Shown piece after piece: positions 25,825 to 38,205 of a stretch of 64,000 nucleotides of DNA. Positions within the stretch are counted from its first letter, which is position 1, and the number at the start of each line of letters is the position of its first letter. The stretch covers positions 1 through 64,000 of the forward strand of contig NIVC01000185.1 in the NCBI GenBank assembly GCA_002269645.1, read 5' to 3'. Position numbers and translations under genes: made by a program. The DNA is from Macrostomum lignano. Lineage: Eukaryota. The notes below the pieces were generated by a model, which was not told where the DNA came from, ran no database searches, and worked only from the letters and a program-made list of their open reading frames with translations.

Positions 25825-26794
25825 TTAAGTATTTAACTTGTTGTTAAACGGGGATGGGAAGCTGGGCTTACCGCGGATCAGCCCTAAAGGGGGCTCTGCC
25901 GCTGCGGGGCACTTTCCAAGGGCACGGGGAATTCCGTGAACCCGAGATACCCTCCTCGGAAGTCCGAGGACCAATTTAGTTGGGCCCTGACTAAGGCCAG
26001 GGGAGGCGAGGGACTTCAAACCTATGGTACAAGGCACCGCCAACCCAAAAAGTGGAATCAGGGACGGTGCTAGGACCGAGTCCACCCAGGCTACCCCCAG
26101 CAGACAAGTCCTCGGGAGTGCGCTTCAGAAATAGAATTAAAAATCGAAAAGTTTTGGATATGCTACTTAAAGCGGTCCGAGAGCGGGGATACCCCGAAGT
26201 CAACGGAAATGGCTTATCAATTGGAGTGAGTCTGGAAGGCTTGTTTCCGAGTGGGAGACTCCAGGCGGGAAGACCGACCGCCTCTATTGCTACCAACCCA
26301 AGGGTATCGCAAAGGGATAAAACCGCGCTGGGATGCCAGCCCAGAAAAAAAGAAAGGCAGAAGGGAGGAGCACCTGAACCCTACAAGCAGGCGGGAGAGA
26401 GACCTGCAACCCGGGGCTCAGCCTCAGGGCTGGCATCAACTGGGCTCTACCGTACACTTTTGTGAATGGTCGTCTGTCTTTGCTGCAGGGCGGGTGCGAC
26501 CGGGGGCTCAAGTCCCGTTCTAGCCACACTGCAGTCCAGATCTCCAACTCAATCCAGGTACACCACCCCTAACCCAGGGCCGATGGCCAAATAATTGGAA
26601 TGTACGAAAAAAAGAATTGGGTTATTTTTAGAACAGGCACAGCCCCTCCGGGGCGAACCCTTAGTTAATTGGGCTAGCCGAAGCCAGGCCAATCGGATTG
26701 CGCACAACCCTTAGACAAGCTACCAGAGAGGCAGCCAGGGTAAAAACAGTCGGAGACCGTCTTTATTATTAATAAATTATTAAGTATTTAACTT
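25825..26794. mobile_element. ~940-bp GC-rich insertion flanked by a 15-bp direct repeat (possible target-site duplication), inside the mirror block
   Basis: TTAAGTATTTAACTT is identical at 25825-25839 and 26780-26794. In the complement reading the insert ends in an AAT-rich tail (GAAATAATAATTATTT) and carries AATAAA. Confidence 0.4.
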
Positions 26795-27146
26795 ACAGGT
26801 TAAACTTTCTAACTTAATTCACAATTCTAAACGCCTTAGATTGAGTCGGTGCGAATTGCTACTTTTAGTATTATACGGAACTTCTGCCTTGAGTTTGGCA
26901 CACAAAAACAAGTAAGCAAAAGTGCAAATCCTATCAGACTACCTAGGAAGGGGTCAGACAAGGGGCGCACCCAGTTAAGCAGGTCAAGAAAGTCTCTCAC
27001 CCTACCAATCAGAGGACCTAACCGCCGGTAGCCAAGGATTAAACAGAGACCGAAACGCTCGGGCGGGATGCTGCTGCTGATTTTAGTTGATGAGCGCCGC
27101 AGTTGTTCTCCACTGGCCGGTTGCTGTCGCTACTACTACTACTGCT

Positions 27147-27412
<266 letters not shown>

Positions 27413-28604
27413 ATAGTTTGGCTCAGGCAAATAGCTTGCTGTTTGGCCAGTATAAGCCAATGTTTAATAATAATTAAAAAATGAAGGGACTTTTTTGATG
27501 TGTAAGTATATGCATGTGTTACGATCGTTTTGTAAAAAATGTAAAAAAAATTTTTGAAAGAGTGCCAAACTTTTTTCTACGAATTATTCGAACTGTATAT
27601 CCTTTTAATAAGTTTCGAAATCCGAACTATCTTTGTGTATTTGTATCTTTGATTAGTTCGAGCGACCAGAGATCCCAACTTATGACTCGAAAAATATCAA
27701 AATCGTCATGCAATTGAAGTTATAACAGCCGCAGACTAATAATTAATGCGGCGATCGTATATTGATCCATAGTAGTTCAGACCGATAAGATGTGCTTGAC
27801 ACGAGGAGAATCGTATATTAAGCGTATATTAGTAGTGATAGCAACTCAACGCAGCAGTTATAGCTCTTAGAATTCCTGGTTTTTGCTACCGTACGTTTTG
27901 CATGGTGTTTCTAATAGACTCCGGGGTGTGCGGGAGAAGTGTCTATATTCATTGAACACCGTCATATCTGGAGAGAGCGTAGTATTACATTTATATTTAT
28001 GTACATGCACAATCAATTTTTAAGAATGCATATATCCGCGGCTGATACTTTAATCAATTTAGTCAATCTATTTTTTCTAGGATCCACGCCTAAGAGAAAA
28101 CAATATGCAATAAAAATGAAATGAAGTTCTCTTTGTTGCGCTTTTTTTATGGTCTGAAATGGTAAACTTACACATGCTGTTAAAATTAAGCTAAAATTCA
28201 AATTCAGACCGGACGCCAGAATCGTAATCTAAATATACTAAATCTTCCATATACTAAAAATGATGTTTGTTTGTACCAAATCGATTATTTGCTTGCTATA
28301 GTTTTGCTGTAGCTCCGCTGTATATGCAACAAACAAGCCTTATATATTATAGATGCATTGAAGCTTTTTTAGGGTTTTTTAGTAAGGAATAGATATTTTG
28401 TAAAGGACAATAAGATATTATACTGCCTTCGCTATTTAATTTTTATTTTGTCCCCTTATTCACTCAATATCATTAGGGCCTGGCCTACCCATCCCAGTTA
28501 GTCTATAGGGCGATCTTCCAGTTTGTTTCACGATATTATTCGCTTGTTTATTTTAGTTTGAAATTGTGCGTCAATGTAGTGAAACATCTGAAGACGATAC
28601 CTAC

Positions 28605-28821
28605 GGCCAAAAGGGATGTGAAATAGAAGCAGACGAGTAACAGTAACAGATGGGGGGGGGGCGGAAAACAGAGGAACTGTTTACAGAGGATAATAATGCA
28701 ACACCCAATACAGCACAGCGCCAAATGCTGTGCCAGGGTATATGCGGCGCCACAGAAATTCCTCAGACAGCCAGTGAAATCAGAATGTCTTTAACAGTGC
28801 TATTTTGCATCCCTTTTGGCC
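28605..28821. repeat. Inverted repeat pair (22-bp arms, 20/22 match), MITE-like
   Basis: GGCCAAAAGGGATGTGAAATAG (28605-28626) versus the reverse complement of 28800-28821, GGCCAAAAGGGATGCAAAATAG. There is an internal hairpin GCACAGC-n7-GCTGTGC. Confidence 0.45.
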
Positions 28822-30850
28822 ATAGAGATTATTTTCTGACGTGTCATTACGTTGCAGCACCAATTCAAACTTGAGAATAGACTCATAGACAGAGTACTCT
28901 ACTGAGTCTACTCTAGGCTTGCATGCAATGTGGTACCACTGGTATGGAGCTATTTCTACTGACACTTAGGGCCTAGTATCAGTATGTATAACAAATTGCA
29001 TGTTGCTACATAGCATACAAGATTGTGCAGCTCATAAAACATAACCAAATTGAAAATTCACTAAACCAAATGAACACTTTTGTTAATGAAAACAAGTTTC
29101 TGTTTTTTTAATAAAAGTAATATTTTTTATGTTTGAGCAAATTTATATCAATGTTTATAATGTAATAAACAAACAAATACTAGACCTAACAAGTATTTTT
29201 TTAATATATTAATCTTTTGACAAAGTTTTTTAAGTTTGTCAATCTTAACAAAACCATAGTTTGGATTGTGTATTAGTGTACACCAGGTCTAATAGGGGAA
29301 ATATGGGACTATATTTGTATGGTGAGACTAAAAAATATTTTTATTATATATACTATGTTGTACACTTTTTCATTTTTTAATTCATTATTCATGCAAATAA
29401 CAAACTTAAAATTATATACTTTTGAAATATGCACTGAGAAGAAATAATTAAAAAAATACTTGTAATACTTTTAATTTTCTAAAAATAAGAAAAAACATTT
29501 TTAGGGCATAAAGTTTAAATTTGTTTTATTATTATTCATAATTGTTCCATGTTGATGACATTGTATATAGCATATTTTATATAAAGTTGCTTCATATATA
29601 CATAAGTAATCCTAATATATGCAGTTATGTCATTATAATTATGTCATTATGTCATTATAATATGCATTATAAAATAACTACAAACTGATATTATAAAATG
29701 CTTCTTGTTTCAAATGATTATATTTACCTAATCTTTAATTTTTTTCACCAAAGGAATAGTGTGTCTATTGCAAAAGCAATTTGTTACCAAAACAACTGGC
29801 ATGCAACTGCAAAAAGGTCCTTTATTATTGCAATGCCTCTAGGCCATACATATAAAGTTGACTACTGCCTACACACCATGGACAACTTCTGTAGCAGTTA
29901 AAAGGTGTTCTGCATGGCTGGCATATCCACGAGACCATGGTATCTAGAATACCTAGAAGATAAAATAGATTTTATTTTAAATATTTTCAATAATTTCAAT
30001 ATTCTTAAGCAATTAAGGCAGAGAAGAATATCTGCTTAGTATTTTTATAAAGAGGCTTATAGAAAGGAACCAATCAGATACAATGTTTATTTTCCTTGCT
30101 AGTAGCTCATGTATTTAGGTTTATCATTTATAGTTTTTTGCATCAATCTAAATCTCCTAAAGTATACAAAAACATGTCTGAATTATTTTTGTCTTTTATT
30201 TCTAAAAAGCTTTCTTTCTAAATGCATTTTTGTAGGATATTAATTAATATATATATTGTTATTCTAATTTGTTACTAAAGTGGCTGTTACCAAAAATGGT
30301 TATCATTTTTTACCAAAGGGACTATTATTAAATTGGACTGTTTTTGTCATTTTCTAATCTTTTTTCCTTTATATAGTCTCCTAAGTTTTGCTATCTTGCT
30401 GTGGCTATATCTATCAAAAATAATCTTGTTTTTTAATTATTGTTGTTTTTATGCTTTTGAACTTTGATTAGACATTTAATAATAATATATTAGAGCATTT
30501 CAAGAAGATAAGTTTTGCAATAAGGCTTAAATTGTCAAAATGTTTAGATATTGCTTTGCATTCTTAGTAAATCGTAGTAATATCTTAGTAAAACAAAATT
30601 ATATAGTTTTGAGACTGCCTAGATAGAAATTTATTGCTTAAGACACTATTATGTAGAAGTTGTATGAAATGAATGAGCTTCATTATATGAATTATATGAA
30701 TTAGACTACAAGAAAATGTAGATATGGCTACAGATATAGATATGGGAAAATTTTGCTATTAATTTCAAGTTAATTATGCATGTATTAATCTTTCATATTC
30801 GATGCCATAAAATTTTGTCATACATTTCACTGGCTGCTGGCTCCACCAAA

Positions 30851-33165
30851 GCGCCAAGCAAAGCAGACAGCTCAGAACAGACTGGGCATTTCAGCAGCCA
30901 ATGGCGGCATTTCCAAGCCTGCTTCGTCGCCTCTAGCAGCAAAGGCTGATGTGCAAAACCGGCGACCACCATCAAGGCGACAGGCTGCGGTTCAGGCAAT
31001 TGCTGCGTTGCCTGGATTGGCTAGCCAGGACCGCAGAAGGCAGTCTGCTCCGCCTGTTGCCAAGTTCTCTGCTACCAAGGATGCTGCGACCAAGGGTGCT
31101 GCTACCAAGGATGCTGCCACCAAGAGTTCTGCTACCAAAGTTGATGCCACCAAGAGTTCTGTTACCAAGGATGCTGCCACCAAGAGTTCTGCTACCAAAG
31201 ATGCTGCCACCAAGAGTTCTGCCACCAAAGTTGATGCCACCAAGAGTTCTGTTACCAAGGATGCTGCCACCAAGAGTTCTGCTACCAAAGATGCTGCCAC
31301 CAAGAGTTCTGCCACCAAAGTTGATGGAGTTAAAAAGGCAGCACAGGTGTCGAACAAGGCTTCAGGTGAGTGACGTGCCATAATACACATTGGGAAGAGG
31401 TGCCTAACCTACACGGGGCGGGTAGTTGCTCAGCCTACAGTAGGGAGTGGGTAGGTGGCCAGCCTACAGTAGGGGGTGGGTAGGTGCCCAGCCTACAGTA
31501 GGGGTGGGTAGGTGCCCAGCCTACAGTAGGGGGTGGGTAGGTGCCCAGCCTACAGTAGGGGGTGGGTAGGTGCCCAGCCTACAGTAGGGGGTGGGTAGGT
31601 GCCCAGCCTACAGTAGGGGTGGGTAGGTGCCCAGCCTACAGTAGGGGTGGGTAGGTGCCCAGCCTACAGTAGGGAGTGGGTAGGTGGCCAGCCTACAGTA
31701 GGGAGTGGGTAGGTGGTCAGCCTACAGTAGGGAGTGGGTAGGTGCCCAGCCTACAGTAGGGGGTGGGTAGGTGCCCAGCCTACAGTAGGGAGTGGGTAGG
31801 TGCCCAGCCTACAGTAGGGAGTGGGTAGGTGGTCAGCCTACAGTAGGGAGTGTGTAGGTGGTCAGCCTACAGTAGGGAGTGGGTAGGTGCCCAGCCTACA
31901 GTAGGGGGTGGGTAGGTGCCCAGCCTACAGTAGGGAGTGGGTAGGTGGCCAGCCTACATTAGGGAGTGGGTAGGTGGCCAGCCTACAGTAGGGGGTGGGT
32001 AGGTGGCCAGCCTACAGTAGGGAGTGGGTAGGTGGTCAGCCTACAGTAGGGGGTGGGTAGGTGGCCAGCCTACAGTAGGGAGTGGGTAGGTGGCCAGCCT
32101 ACAGTAGGGGGTGGGTAGGTGGCCAGCCTACAGTAGGGGGTGGGTAGGTGCCCAGCCTACAGTAGGGAGTGGGTAGGTGCCCAGCCTACAGTAGGGAGTG
32201 GGTAGGTGCCCAGCCTACAGTAGGGAGTGGGTAGGTGGCCAGCCTACAGTAGGGAGTGGGTAGGTGCCCAGCCTACAGTAGGGAGTGGGTAGGTGGCCAG
32301 CCTACAGTAGGGAGTGGGTAGGTGGTCAGCCTACAGTAGGGGGTGGGTAGGTGCCCAGCCTACAGTAGGGGGTGGGTAGGTGGCCAGCCTACAGTAGGGG
32401 GTGGGTAGGTGGCCAGCCTACAGTAGGGGGTGGGTAGGTGCCCAGCCTACAGTAGGGAGTGTGTAGGTGGCCAGCCTACAGTAGGGAGTGTGTAGGTGCC
32501 CAGCCTACAGTAGGGGGTGGGTAGGTGGCCAGCCTACAGTAGGGGGTGGGTAGGTGCCCAGCCTACAGTACAGAGGGGGGTAGCGGCCCAGCCTGCAGAG
32601 CCTGACCTTCCTCCGTCTGATTTCTCAATATTCCACAGGCGCCAAGCGGCAGCCGAGGAAGCCAGAAGCGGAAAAGAAGCAGAGCAAAATGGCGCCAAAG
32701 CAGAAAAGAAGCGGCGCCGGCGGCGGCAGCAGGAAGTCGGCAGCGCCCCGAGACCCATTCGACATCAGCGGCCTGGATGTCGATGTCGACGAGGACGATA
32801 GTGTCGCGACCAGCGTTCGACCGAAGTCGAAAGGTCCCAAATCTTCAACAACGCCAGCTCCAGCGCCAGCATCGGCGCCAGCGACTAGCGCTGTCGGGCA
32901 TTCCCAGCGCCAACTGCTGCTGTGCCACAGGCACGCCTATCAGTTTTTTACACCGGGGCGCCGGCGCCAACAGAGCGGCGCTGGCAGACAGTTGGTCAAG
33001 TCGGCTAAGGAGAACCAATCCGCCGCGTCTGGCGCCAGCGGTAGCGGCGCCGATTCTGACGTAGACAGCGCCGAAGAGGAGGAGACCGCGCCGGCGTCGC
33101 CGCGTTTTGACCGACAACGACAGTCGGCGTCGGCAACTGCACCCGCGACGGATGCGTGGCGTTAG
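30851..33165 (+). CDS. Partial gene for a low-complexity basic/acidic protein with about 17 xxxTK pentapeptide repeats; exons ~30851-31365 and 32639-33165
   Basis: The frame is open from 30789. The donor TCAG|GTGAGT at 31366 (phase 1) joins the acceptor TTCCACAG| at 32638 in frame: ...NKASG-AKRQPRKPEAEKKQSKMAPKQKRSG...DPFDISGLDVDVDEDD. The 5' end is unresolved. Confidence 0.6.
31430..32570. repeat. Intronic G-rich tandem repeat, ~29-bp unit GGGTAGGTGCCCAGCCTACAGTAGGGGGT
   Basis: Seen directly. It fills almost the whole 31366-32638 intron. Confidence 0.96.
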
Positions 33166-33784
33166 GGGAGGAGGACATCTAATGCTTATCCAATAGGAAA
33201 GTACGTATCTGATGGGGAGAAAGTGCTTATCCAAGGCAAAAAAGTACATATCTGAGGGTAGAAAGTGCTTTTACAAGGGAAAGTACATAGCTAAGAGAAA
33301 AAAGTTCTTATCCAAAGGAAAAGTACATATCTAAGAGGAGAAAGTGCTTATCAAAGGTAAAAGTACACATCTAAGGGGGCAACTGCGTATCCAAGGTTGC
33401 ATTTTGCGGGTCATTTGTTCGGCTTATATTTTACCCATGGTGCTAAGAACCTTAATCCTTTGCCCAATAAAAAAGTGTTCTTCGTTTTTTACCCTGTAAT
33501 TCCAGTCTTTGTACATGCCAAAAATAATTTGTACATAAAAATTAGACTTTAAGTGTGGATATTAACAAATTTTACTATTTTTGCTTGACTCAGTCTAATA
33601 ATCAATGTAAGCTTTGTGCCATGTGTTTTAATTTCTAACAGTTTTATAAATATACGAGTGTGTACCTGTACTGTCAGGTCGGCCTGGCTAGATTACTAAC
33701 AATTTTGTTAAAATAATTGATGCTCATTTTTCACTTCTGTGTTTGCCGGATATTTGTTGGGGTTCAGACCTTCTCTAAGTATGT

Positions 33785-34415
33785 TAGATCAGTGGCATCA
33801 TGGGTTAGATCAGTGACATATCAGTGGGTTAGATCAGTGACATATCAGTGGGTTAGATCAGTGACATATCAGTGGGTTAGATCAGTGACATATCAGTGGG
33901 TTAGATCAGTGACATATCACTTGGGTTAGATCAGTGACATATCAGTGGGTTAGATCAGTGACACCAGTGGGTTAAATCAGTGACACCAGTGGGTTAGATC
34001 AGTGACATATCAGAGGGTTAGATCAGTGACATATCAGAGGGTTAGATCAGTGACATATCAGTGGGTTAGATCAGTGACATATCAGAGGGTTAGATCAGTG
34101 ACATATCAGAGGGTTAGATCAGTGACATATCAGAGGGTTAGATCAGTGACATATCAGTGGGTTAGATCAGTGACATATCAGAGGGTTAGATCAGTGGCAT
34201 ATCAGAGGGTTAGATCAGTGACATATCAGAGGGTTAGATCAGTGACATATCAGAGGGTTAGATCAGTGACATATCAGTGGGTTAGATCAGTGACATATCA
34301 GAGGGTTAGATCAGTGACATATCAGAGGGTTAGATCAGTGACATATCAGTGGGTTAGATCAGTGACATATCAGAGGGTTAGATCAGTGACATATCAGAGG
34401 GTTAGATAAGTGACA
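33785..34415. repeat. Tandem repeat, 24-bp unit GGGTTAGATCAGTGACATATCAG(T/A)
   Basis: Seen directly. Confidence 0.95.
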
Positions 34416-34858
34416 TAAATGCATTAGGTCAGTGTAAACTACCCACATGTATTTATAATGAACAACTACATGTGGTGCCTAACAGAGTTTGGATACTGGA
34501 GCATTGTGATTCGGTAACTTCGGAATTATTGTATAAAAGATCCTTGAAGTTTATTAATATTAGAAAGTCCAGTAGGAGTGTCAACTATCAAAGAAGAACA
34601 TGTATATTTGTATCCACTCAGGTAATGTTAAAATTCGTTTTGCGATTTGGTCGGTGTACAAGCGTACAAAATACATGTACACTAATAAGTATCAGAATAA
34701 TAATAGTAAAAGGAAAACTGATATTAACTAATTTGATTAACTGTAGGGCTTAGCGATAGTTTTCTGTTAGCAGCGTTATAACAATATCCATGTGATGAAG
34801 GTTGAAACTGGCATGTAATTTTTAGATAGAAAAGTCACCAGAGCACTCAGTAAACCTC

Positions 34859-36511
34859 CTACTCAGCGCTGTCGTCGTTGACAGCCTCTTCCACTGCCTC
34901 GGGCGACCGAGGCTCAGCCTCAATCGGAGCCGTTGAGTTCTTCCGCGGCAGCAGGAAGGGCTTCAGCCGGCGGGCCCAGCGGCCCAGACTGCGGCGCTGG
35001 CTCTCGTCGACGGTGCTGCAGCCGACGGTGGTCCGGTTCAGGCCGTCCAGCAGGTCTGCCAGACTGCGCAGACGGCGGATCAGCCGACCACGGAAGCGAC
35101 GTCCGCGGCGGCGACGCCACTCGGCGGCGGAGTCCGACATTGCAGTCGACTTGCTGCCGCTACCGCGGCGGCTTCTCCAGCTGGCGCGTCGAAAGAAGCT
35201 CAGGATGCGGCGCAAGCGACTCGACCTCACTCTGCGCTTCGGGCTGGCAGTCGGCTCTCGATCTGGGGCAGGACTCCGCTTGGTTTCGAGCTCCTCCGAT
35301 TCCTTCAAATACAAAAAATACTAGAAATACAAAAAGGCGCTTCGATTGTGGAAATCTTTCATTTGCAGTAGTAACGTTTGTGCATTCTATGAGAGATTGA
35401 CTACTGAAGAGTAGCAAGAAAAGAATTTCAAGCGAATCTCTTATAGGACACAAGTATAGCTCACAATTCCTATTTGTACATGATTTATTTGCCCAACAAT
35501 CCGTTCGCCCTCTACTCAAACACGCATACGAGCTACGTACGGGCGCGTATTCGCTCTTCTCCAGCTCATCGGGATTGTCGACGCTTTCAAGTTCGTTGGC
35601 GATCTCTTCTGTAGCTTCAGAATCCTCAACGGGAGCAGCTGGTGAGGCGGCCGAGTTACTCGGCTTCACTCTCCGCTGCGGGCGGGCGGTCGGCTCTCGA
35701 TCTGGAGCAGGACTCCGTTTGGCTTCGAGCTCCTCCGATTCCTTCAATAGAAACACAATAAGCGCTCCGATTGTGGAAATCTTGAAATTGCAATACTAAT
35801 TCGTGTGTGTGCATTCTATCGAAATCAACTACTGAAGAGTAGCATGACAAGACTCTCTCATGAAAGCGAATCTCTTATTGTACATGTGGAGGCTCACAAT
35901 TCATATTTGTACATGTATATAGCGTATTAAACACGCATACTTACGGGCGCGTACTCGCTCTCCTCCAGCTCATTGGGCTTATCGACGCTGCCAAGGTCGT
36001 TGCCGATCTCCTCCGTAGCTGCAGAGTCCTCAGCGGCAGCAGGTGAGGCGTCCAATATGCGTTGAAGGAATCGCCGGGTACGGCGCGATCGACTCGAACT
36101 CTCGATTCTGCGCTGCCGGCTGGCGGTCGGCTCTAGATCTGGAGCAGGACTCCGTTTGGTTTCGAGCTCCTCCTCCGATTCCTTCAATAGAAATCCAGAA
36201 GCGTCAACTTTGTTAGTTTTACAATTAGCTCGTAGTAAGTCACGTGTGTGCATTCTATAGGAGATTGGCTACTGAAGAAGAGTAGCAAGAAAAGAATACA
36301 CAACATGTATTAGCGTATTTCCCTAAAAATAATTGCTTACGGGCGCGTACTCGCTCTTCTCCAGCTCGTCGGGATTGTCAACGCTTTCAAGATCGTTGGC
36401 GATCTCCTCCGTAGCTGCAGAGCCCTCAGCGTCAGCAGGTGAGGCGGCGAATGCGGAGGCGGCCGCCGCGAGGCCCAGCAAGAGGAGCGCAGTCAGCAGC
36501 AGAGGTTTCAT
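34859..36511 (-). CDS. Secreted precursor, ~350 aa, 4 phase-0 exons (36511-36341, 36181-35945, 35741-35541, 35302-34859); acidic spacers alternate with Arg-rich segments
   Basis: Signal peptide MKPLLLTALLLLGLAAAASA. Exons 1-3 end in EYAP|GT(AAG/ACG). Exons 2-4 start after TTGAAG| with ESEE(E)LE(T/A)KRSPAPD(L/R)EPTA. Dibasic sites KR and RR are present. TATAAAG lies at 36594-36588 upstream. Confidence 0.8.
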
Positions 36512-37579
36512 GTTTGCAAGAACAGATTTTAGACCTTAGGCTTATATGGAGATACTGGATTCTGTAATAAGCTAATACTGACGCTGTCTTTATAGACGAT
36601 GGAATATCCTAGATAAGGCCTCTCAAATCCGGGCTAAGAGTTGCAATGCCATATCCGCAGCGGCGCAGCACAGGGCCGTAAGGCAGTTTTGAATAGAATG
36701 AAAACAATGCAGAATAGAGACACTTCATGGATTCTCGAGACACAGCGAGTCCGCGTCTTTGCCAGGGAGAACTAAAACGAGAGTCTGGATAGAGTTTCTT
36801 GGATGCGTGGCTTGCAAAGCTATGCATAGTCTTTTGGTTGAAGATCTCCTTGGCTTTGCTCGCTAATAAACAGGTCTATAAATACATTTGCACTGCCGTG
36901 GTTAAAGTTTAACAACAATAAGAGCGGAGAATGATAAATCCGGATTTCAACAAAATTCAAAGGCAAAACCTTTATAAAATATAGTTAATGGTAGGTAAAG
37001 ATGTGAATTATATTTTATAACATTGCACAAATATGTCCAATTTTGTTCTTTCGCGCTCGAAAATACTACTGAAGTTAGTCTATACGAAGAATTAGTATTG
37101 CAATTCATAGGAAATAGTAAATATATAGTAGTTCTGTGTAACATTATAGAGCATTGAATTGCAGGCAGTATCGAGGATTTGACCAGAACTTTATATACGA
37201 GTATAGCAAATCTAAAACTAGAAAAACGCACAACAAAGCAGGCAAGCGTGGATTTAATAAATACTTTGAAAAGTCTCGACATCTTGAACTAGATTTAAGC
37301 CTGATAAAGCCAGTTTAAGCCAGTTGACAGGTAAATATGGCGTCTCAATCATTAGTAAACTGAAAGCTATATAAAACGAATTTGCACATGCAGCAGAGTA
37401 TTGCGGTACAGGTGGGGACATGCAGAATGTTTGATGTCAAGGGTTTTTCAGACAAGGTTCTGAGATGTAGGAGAGAGCCAGTGGCGTACTCAGGGGGGGG
37501 GGCACCCCCCCCCCAATTGCCCATACATAAAAAAGGTGACTAAGCTCGACGAATGACAGGAGCTGACCAACTTTTGCCA

Positions 37580-38205
37580 AGGAGACAGGGCGCCTATATC
37601 TAGGAGACAGGGGCGCCTATATCTAGGAGACAGGGGCGCCTATATCTAGGAGACAGGGGCGCCTATATCTAGGAGACAGGGGCGCCTATATCTAGGAGAC
37701 AGGGGCGCCTATATCTAGGAGACAAGGGCGCCTATATCTAGGAGACAGGGGCGCCTATATCTAGGAGACAGGGGCGCCTATATCTAGGAGACAGGGGCGC
37801 CTATATCTAGGAGACAAGGGCGCCTATATCTAGGAGACAGGGGCACCTATATCTAGGAGACAGGGGCGCCTATATCTAGGAGACAAGGGCGCCTATATCT
37901 AGGAGACAGGGGCACCTATATCTAGGAGACAGGGGAACCTATATCTAGGAGACAGGGGCACCCATCTAGGAGACAGGGGCACCCATCTAGGAGACAGGGG
38001 CGCCTATATCTAGGAGACAGGGGCACCCATCTAGGAGACAGGGGCGCCTATATCTAGGAGACAGGGGCGCCTATATCTAGGAGACAGGGGCGCCTATATC
38101 TAGGAGACAGGGGCGCCTATATCTAGGAGACAGGGGCGCCTATATCTAGGAGACAGGGGCGCCTATATCTAGGAGACAGGGGCGCCCATCTAGAAGACAG
38201 AGGCG
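37580..38205. repeat. Tandem repeat, 23-bp unit TAGGAGACAGGGGCGCCTATATC
   Basis: Seen directly. Confidence 0.95.

Larger units (their letters stand above)
19320..27060. other. Complement-only (mirror-orientation) block, ~7.7 kb; margins may extend to ~18340 and ~27415
   Basis: Base-by-base complement without reversal gives a complete 312-codon ORF. The block also holds mirror copies of repeats found normally at 12451, 41454 and 61657 and a tRNA-like head. It is visibly richer in CG/ACGT/TCGA than in GC/TGCA/AGCT relative to the flanks (by eye, not counted). Confidence 0.9.
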
